In this document: positions 16,997 to 20,473 of the stretch, one piece after another
Numbering within the stretch: the first letter of the stretch is position 1
Layout of the letters: the number at the start of each line of letters is the position of its first letter
From: Escherichia coli
GTDB lineage: Bacteria > Pseudomonadota > Gammaproteobacteria > Enterobacterales > Enterobacteriaceae
Reading direction: 5' to 3' (one strand)
Length of the DNA: 20,473 bases
Assembly (NCBI RefSeq): GCF_003334315.1
Contig: NZ_QOWR01000068.1
Translations under genes and position numbers: made by a program
Notes under the pieces: model-generated
The model's input: the letters and a program-made list of their open reading frames with translations, nothing else
Database searches by the model: none
What the model was told of the DNA's origin: nothing

Positions 16997-19792
16997 ATGG
17001 AGATAATTATGAGAAACCTCTGTTTCTTACTGACGTTAGTGGCAACTCTGTTGCTCCCCGGGCGGCTGATTGCCGCCGCCTTACCGCAGGATGAAAAGTT
17101 AATTACCGGGCAACTGGACAATGGCTTGCGATATATGATTTATCCGCATGCTCATCCAAAGGATCAGGTAAATTTATGGCTGCAAATTCATACCGGTTCA
17201 TTGCAGGAAGAAGACAATGAGCGCGGCGTGGCTCATTTTGTAGAACATATGATGTTTAACGGCACAAAAACATGGCCGGGTAATAAAGTCATCGAAACAT
17301 TTGAGTCAATGGGCCTGCGTTTTGGTCGCGATGTTAATGCCTATACCAGCTATGACGAAACGGTGTATCAGGTGAGTTTGCCGACTACGCAGAAACAAAA
17401 TCTGCAACAAGTGATGGCAATCTTCAGTGAATGGAGTAATGCCGCCACCTTTGAAAAACTCGAAGTAGACGCTGAACGTGGCGTAATTACTGAGGAATGG
17501 CGTGCCCATCAGGATGCGAAATGGCGCACCTCTCAGGCGCGCCGCCCTTTCCTGCTGGCTAATACCCGTAATTTAGACCGTGAACCTATCGGCCTGATGG
17601 ATACTGTCGCCACGGTCACACCGGCACAATTGCGCCAATTTTATCAACGCTGGTATCAACCCAATAATATGACCTTTATCGTGGTCGGCGATATCGACAG
17701 TAAAGAAGCGCTGGCGCTGATAAAGGATAATTTAAGTAAGCTTCCGGCTAACAAAGCAGCTGAAAATCGCGTCTGGCCGACAAAAGCTGAAAATCACCTG
17801 CGCTTTAATATCATTAATGATAAAGAAAACCGGGTGAACGGCATCGCACTCTATTATCGCCTGCCAATGGTACAAGTGAACGATGAGCAAAGCTTTATCG
17901 AACAAGCTGAATGGAGCATGTTAGTTCAGCTGTTCAATCAACGTCTGCAGGAACGCATACAGTCGGGCGAGTTGAAGACTATTTCTGGCGGCACTGCGCG
18001 CAGCGTTAAAATTGCACCCGATTATCAGTCGCTGTTTTTCCGTGTAAATGCACGAGACGATAATATGCAGGATGCTGCGAATGCATTAATGGCAGAGTTG
18101 GCAACCATTGATCAGCATGGTTTTTCTGCTGAAGAACTCGATGATGTCAAATCTACCCGCCTCACCTGGCTGAAAAATGCGGTTGATCAGCAAGCTGAAC
18201 GTGATTTACGTATGCTGACCAGTCGCCTGGCATCCAGCTCATTAAATAATACGCCGTTCTTGTCGCCGGAAGAGACATATCAACTTTCGAAACGTCTGTG
18301 GCAGCAAATTACCGTGCAAAGTCTGGCGGAAAAATGGCAGCAGTTAAGAAAGAACCAGGACGCATTTTGGGAGCAAATGGTAAACAATGAGGTTGCCGCC
18401 AAAAAAGCATTGTCTCCTGCGGCTATCCTGGCGCTGGAAAAGGAGTACGCCAACAAAAAGCTGGCGGCTTACGTCTTCCCAGGCAGAAATTTATCGTTAA
18501 CAGTAGACGCAGACCCACAGGCGGAAATTAGCAGCAAAGAAACGCTGGCGGAGAATCTGACATCATTAACACTTTCCAATGGTGCCAGGGTTATTCTGGC
18601 AAAATCCGCGGGTGAAGAGCAAAAGCTACAAATTATTGCCGTATCGAATAAAGGCGATTTAAGTTTCCCTGCGCAGCAAAAATCACTTATCGCGCTGGCA
18701 AATAAAGCAGTTAGCGGAAGCGGCGTTGGCGAACTCTCCTCTTCCAGCCTGAAACGCTGGAGTGCGGAAAATTCGGTAACCATGAGCAGTAAAGTCAGTG
18801 GCATGAATACGTTGCTCTCCGTTAGCGCGCGGACTAATAACCCTGAACCTGGTTTTCAGTTGATTAACCAGCGAATCACCCACAGCACGATTAACGATAA
18901 TATTTGGGCATCGCTACAAAATGCTCAAATTCAGGCGTTGAAAACGCTCGACCAGCGTCCAGCGGAGAAATTCGCCCAGCAGATGTATGAGACGCGCTAT
19001 GCTGATGACCGCACGAAATTACTGCAAGAAAATCAGATTGCACAGTTTACTGCCGCAGATGCGCTGGCTGCCGATCGCCAATTGTTTTCATCTCCAGCGG
19101 ATATCACGTTTGTCATTGTCGGTAATGTCGCAGAAGACAAACTCGTGGCGTTAATTACGCGTTACTTAGGATCAATCAAACACTCTGATTCGCCATTAGC
19201 CGCAGGTAAACCATTAACTCGCGCGACGGACAACGCATCGGTTACTGTAAAAGAACAAAATGAACCTGTGGCACAGGTTTCACAGTGGAAGCGTTATGAT
19301 TCCCGGACACCTGTTAATCTGCCGACGCGTATGGCGCTCGATGCTTTTAACGTCGCACTGGCAAAAGATCTACGCGTTAATATTCGTGAACAGGCATCTG
19401 GGGCATACAGCGTTTCTTCTCGCCTCTCGGTTGATCCTCAGGCCAAAGATATCAGTCATTTGCTGGCTTTTACTTGTCAACCAGAACGACATGATGAACT
19501 GTTAACGTTAGCGAATGAAGTGATGGTTAAGCGTCTGGCTAAAGGGATCAGTGAGCAAGAACTGAATGAATACCAGCAAAACGTTCAGCGCAGCCTCGAT
19601 ATCCAACAGCGTAGCGTTCAACAATTAGCGAACACCATTGTAAATAGTCTTATTCAATATGACGATCCTGCAGCATGGACTGAGCAGGAGCAATTGTTGA
19701 AACAAATGACGGTAGAGAATGTTAACACTGCCGTTAAACAATATCTTTCTCATCCGGTAAATACTTATACCGGAGTATTATTGCCAAAATAA
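16997..19792 (+). CDS. pqqL: periplasmic M16-family (pitrilysin-like) zinc metallopeptidase, tandem M16 modules
   Basis: 931 aa with the inverted zinc motif HFVEH at 17234-17248 (GVAHFVEHMMFNGT) and a signal peptide (…LLLPGRLIAA|ALPQ). ATG 17009 (MRNLCF…) is an alternative start with a GGAG 6 nt upstream. Confidence 0.93.
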   Translation: MEIIMRNLCFLLTLVATLLLPGRLIAAALPQDEKLITGQLDNGLRYMIYPHAHPKDQVNLWLQIHTGSLQEEDNERGVAHFVEHMMFNGTKTWPGNKVIETFESMGLRFGRDVNAYTSYDETVYQVSLPTTQKQNLQQVMAIFSEWSNAATFEKLEVDAERGVITEEWRAHQDAKWRTSQARRPFLLANTRNLDREPIGLMDTVATVTPAQLRQFYQRWYQPNNMTFIVVGDIDSKEALALIKDNLSKLPANKAAENRVWPTKAENHLRFNIINDKENRVNGIALYYRLPMVQVNDEQSFIEQAEWSMLVQLFNQRLQERIQSGELKTISGGTARSVKIAPDYQSLFFRVNARDDNMQDAANALMAELATIDQHGFSAEELDDVKSTRLTWLKNAVDQQAERDLRMLTSRLASSSLNNTPFLSPEETYQLSKRLWQQITVQSLAEKWQQLRKNQDAFWEQMVNNEVAAKKALSPAAILALEKEYANKKLAAYVFPGRNLSLTVDADPQAEISSKETLAENLTSLTLSNGARVILAKSAGEEQKLQIIAVSNKGDLSFPAQQKSLIALANKAVSGSGVGELSSSSLKRWSAENSVTMSSKVSGMNTLLSVSARTNNPEPGFQLINQRITHSTINDNIWASLQNAQIQALKTLDQRPAEKFAQQMYETRYADDRTKLLQENQIAQFTAADALAADRQLFSSPADITFVIVGNVAEDKLVALITRYLGSIKHSDSPLAAGKPLTRATDNASVTVKEQNEPVAQVSQWKRYDSRTPVNLPTRMALDAFNVALAKDLRVNIREQASGAYSVSSRLSVDPQAKDISHLLAFTCQPERHDELLTLANEVMVKRLAKGISEQELNEYQQNVQRSLDIQQRSVQQLANTIVNSLIQYDDPAAWTEQEQLLKQMTVENVNTAVKQYLSHPVNTYTGVLLPK

Positions 19793-19798
19793 TAACAG

Positions 19799-19829
19799 CC
19801 CCGTCAACACATCGTTGGCGGGGATTTTA
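19799..19829 (+). terminator. intrinsic terminator after pqqL
   Basis: The 10-bp stem CCCCGTCAAC (19799-19808) with GTTGGCGGGG (19814-19823) has one G-U pair, closes a 5-nt loop and is followed by ATTTTA. Confidence 0.8.
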
Positions 19830-20054
19830 GCAATATTCGCTATTTTTATGTAATAATTTTATAAATGCGTTCAAAATAATAATCAAGTACTAATAGTGAT
19901 ATTTTAAGGTCTGATTTTTACGTGATAATTCAGGAGACACAGAATGCGCATAAAAATAACAGCATAAAACACCTTACCACCACCCAAGAATTTCATATTG
20001 CATTGTTTTTCAATGAAAAAATATTATTCGCGTAATATCTCACGATAAATAACA

Positions 20055-20074
20055 TTAGGATTTTGTTATTTAAA
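20055..20074 (+). promoter_or_regulatory. GAD box (GadE binding site) of the gadBC promoter
   Basis: An exact match to the published 20-bp GAD box TTAGGATTTTGTTATTTAAA, 80 bp upstream of the gadB ATG. Confidence 0.85.
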
Positions 20075-20090
20075 CACGAGTCCTTTGCAC

Positions 20091-20119
20091 TTGCTTACTT
20101 TATCGATAAATCCTACTTT
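20091..20119 (+). promoter_or_regulatory. candidate gadB core promoter (-35 TTGCTT, 17-bp spacer, -10 TACTTT)
   Basis: Hexamers lie at 20091-20096 and 20114-20119. The implied start at about 20126-20127 fits the reported gadA/gadB transcription start roughly 27 nt upstream of the ATG, as I recall it. Confidence 0.45.
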
Positions 20120-20153
20120 TTTAATGCGATCCAATCATTTTAAGGAGTTTAAA

Positions 20154-20473
20154 ATGGATAAGAAGCAAGTAACGGATTTAAGGTCGGAACTACTCGATTC
20201 ACGTTTTGGTGCGAAGTCTATTTCCACTATCGCAGAATCAAAACGTTTTCCGCTGCACGAAATGCGCGACGATGTCGCATTCCAGATTATCAATGACGAA
20301 TTATATCTTGATGGCAACGCTCGTCAGAACCTGGCCACTTTCTGCCAGACCTGGGACGACGAAAATGTCCACAAATTGATGGATTTATCCATTAACAAAA
20401 ACTGGATCGACAAAGAAGAATATCCGCAATCCGCAGCCATCGACCTGCGTTGCGTAAATATGGTTGCCGATCT
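20154..20473 (+). CDS. gadB: glutamate decarboxylase beta, N-terminal 106 codons (partial, runs off the window)
   Basis: An AGGAG SD lies at 20143-20147. The translation is [107 protein letters not shown]. The MDKKQVTDL...AKSIS N-terminus distinguishes GadB from GadA (MDQKLLTDF...AKAIS), and the location next to pqqL agrees. Confidence 0.95.
   Translation, partial: MDKKQVTDLRSELLDSRFGAKSISTIAESKRFPLHEMRDDVAFQIINDELYLDGNARQNLATFCQTWDDENVHKLMDLSINKNWIDKEEYPQSAAIDLRCVNMVAD

Noticed and set aside
19944-19967. 7-codon mini-ORF (MRIKITA*) with a good GGAG 7 nt upstream, in the pqqL-gadB intergenic region
   Set aside because: It is too short to evaluate and I have no conservation evidence. A chance SD-ATG pair in AT-rich DNA is likely. 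It would only be worth revisiting if ribosome profiling shows initiation there.
1-20473. CRISPR arrays, tRNA or rRNA genes, REP/ERIC-type repeats, prophage or integron signatures
   Set aside because: Reading both strands, I found no regularly spaced direct repeats, cloverleaf-compatible segments, rRNA-like sequence or integrase/attC-like structures. The only mobile element seen is the IS1 end at 1-204.

Overview
The window reads as an Escherichia coli chromosomal segment. From about 1.6 kb onward it is colinear with the K-12 interval yneL'-ydeT'-ydeS-ydeR-ydeQ-ydeP-safA-ydeO-ydeN-ydeM-yddA-yddB-pqqL-gadB, with every gene on the + strand (the reverse of the usual MG1655 orientation). Gene calls rest on my recognition of the translated ORFs and on motifs checked by eye; no search was run. 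The functional blocks are: (i) a decayed F9/Fml-type chaperone-usher fimbrial operon, reduced to an usher C-terminal fragment plus three intact tip-subunit genes; (ii) the EvgA-controlled acid-resistance genes ydeP and safA-ydeO, each preceded by an EvgA-type inverted repeat inside a roughly 50-bp paralogous promoter module; (iii) a Ser-type sulfatase with a radical-SAM/SPASM maturase (ydeN-ydeM); (iv) a probably Fur-controlled yddA-yddB-pqqL cluster (ABC transporter, TonB-dependent receptor, M16 protease), which is a protease-associated import system; (v) the gadB promoter with a perfect GAD box and the first 106 codons of gadB. The left 1.6 kb is the accessory part and does not match what I expect from K-12, where hipA-hipB lie next to yneL. 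It holds the left end of an IS1 element (IRL plus the insA 5' part, cut by the window edge) and a minus-strand gene for an unrecognised 312-aa secreted protein whose C-terminus resembles TolA domain III. I consider that protein the most novel item in the window. I found no rRNA, tRNA or CRISPR array.
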